In this document: positions 63,620 to 64,000 of the stretch, piece after piece
Layout: every line of letters begins with the position of its first letter
Numbering within the stretch: the stretch's first letter is position 1
Source of the DNA: an uncultured Thermoplasmata archaeon
Lineage (GTDB): Archaea > Thermoplasmatota > Thermoplasmata > Lutacidiplasmatales > UBA184
Reading direction: 5' to 3'
DNA length: 64,000 bases
NCBI GenBank assembly: GCA_963787975.1
Contig: CAWBEU010000008.1
Coordinates: 221,583-285,582 of the forward strand
Made by a program: the position numbers and the translations under genes
The notes under the pieces: generated by a model
What the model was told of the DNA's origin: nothing
The model's database searches: none
What the model saw: only the letters and a program-made list of their open reading frames with translations

Positions 63620-64000
63620 TTAGTGCGGATCTCCGGTCGAGGGCGGTTGTTGCAACCCGGTGGTGCGGGACGGGTGGCCCCGGACGGAGGTGTGAGCGGC
63701 CTGGAAGTGACGCAGATGTTGGAACAGCTGGCGAGACCCTTGGGTCACTAGGTGTCCGGCTCCCAACACCAGCCCACCCGGGAGCGGTGCCTTCCCCAGG
63801 TGATTCGCGAAGCTCCGCACCGCCGACCCCAGCTGAGCCGCGCGTCCCGTGGAGGCAGCGCCCGGTGCGGCCCCGCTGGCATTCCCCTGAGCCGTCAGCG
63901 CGGCCACCGTGAGCCCCCGCTGCAGGCCTCCGGTGAGCGCACCACCGGCGGAGGGGAACCCCATGCCTCCGAGCTGGGTCCGCGAGATCGAGATGAGATA
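63620..64000 (-). CDS. Gly/Ala-rich protein, C-terminal part only (frame open to the window edge)
   Basis: The frame of ORF 63620..63964 stays open upstream to position 64000 (..ISISRTQLGGMGFPSAGGALTGG..). Same strand and tight spacing with the transfer-like genes. Confidence 0.35.
   Translation of the reverse strand, partial: YLISISRTQLGGMGFPSAGGALTGGLQRGLTVAALTAQGNASGAAPGAASTGRAAQLGSAVRSFANHLGKAPLPGGLVLGAGHLVTQGSRQLFQHLRHFQAAHTSVRGHPSRTTGLQQPPSTGDPH

Noticed and set aside
1-64000. Search for CRISPR arrays, rRNA genes, integrases/recombinases and long direct or tandem repeats.
   Set aside because: None was recognised by eye. The only repeat-like element is the polypurine tract at 22.06-22.15 kb. 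A computational repeat scan would be needed to exclude short att-type repeats.

Overview
This is a 64-kb, gene-dense, visibly high-GC archaeal chromosomal segment. All homology calls below come from motif recognition by eye, not from database searches.

Archaeal hallmarks read directly from the sequence:
- an rpl7ae-rps28e-rpl24e cluster, archaeal-type TyrRS, type-2 MetAP and ndk
- a ~315-nt 7S SRP RNA
- tRNA-Leu(CAG) and an intron-containing tRNA-Glu(UUC) with a perfect bulge-helix-bulge motif
- A/T-rich TATA-like boxes ~25-30 nt upstream of many start codons, suggesting leaderless-type organisation

Most of the window is housekeeping or metabolism: malic enzyme, split MetE, SHMT, glutamine synthetase with a divergent Lrp regulator, a SoxAB/HcnABC-like flavoprotein pair, an IorAB-type Mo-hydroxylase pair, Fe- and Zn-ADHs, an HPS-RraA fusion and TruA. 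There are also three large sequon-rich PKD/Kelch surface proteins.

Accessory-looking parts:
1. 26.5-29.6 kb: a small ORF translationally coupled to a ~890-aa TraD/HerA-type ATPase fused to a wHTH and an endonuclease-like tail.
2. 10.0-10.8 kb: a membrane-inserted, apparently split Cas4-family nuclease with no CRISPR nearby.
3. 44.9-48.5 kb: a lower-GC islet abutting tRNA-Leu, with an IS transposase remnant and a HEPN-motif protein.
4. 59.4-64 kb: a VirB4/PrgI-like DNA-transfer module with an orphan SPPY DNA methyltransferase, running off the right edge.

At least seven genes, including essential rps28e, are interrupted by single-base indels, mostly in short homopolymers. I interpret these as consensus or assembly errors rather than real pseudogenes. 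No rRNA, CRISPR array or integrase was seen.
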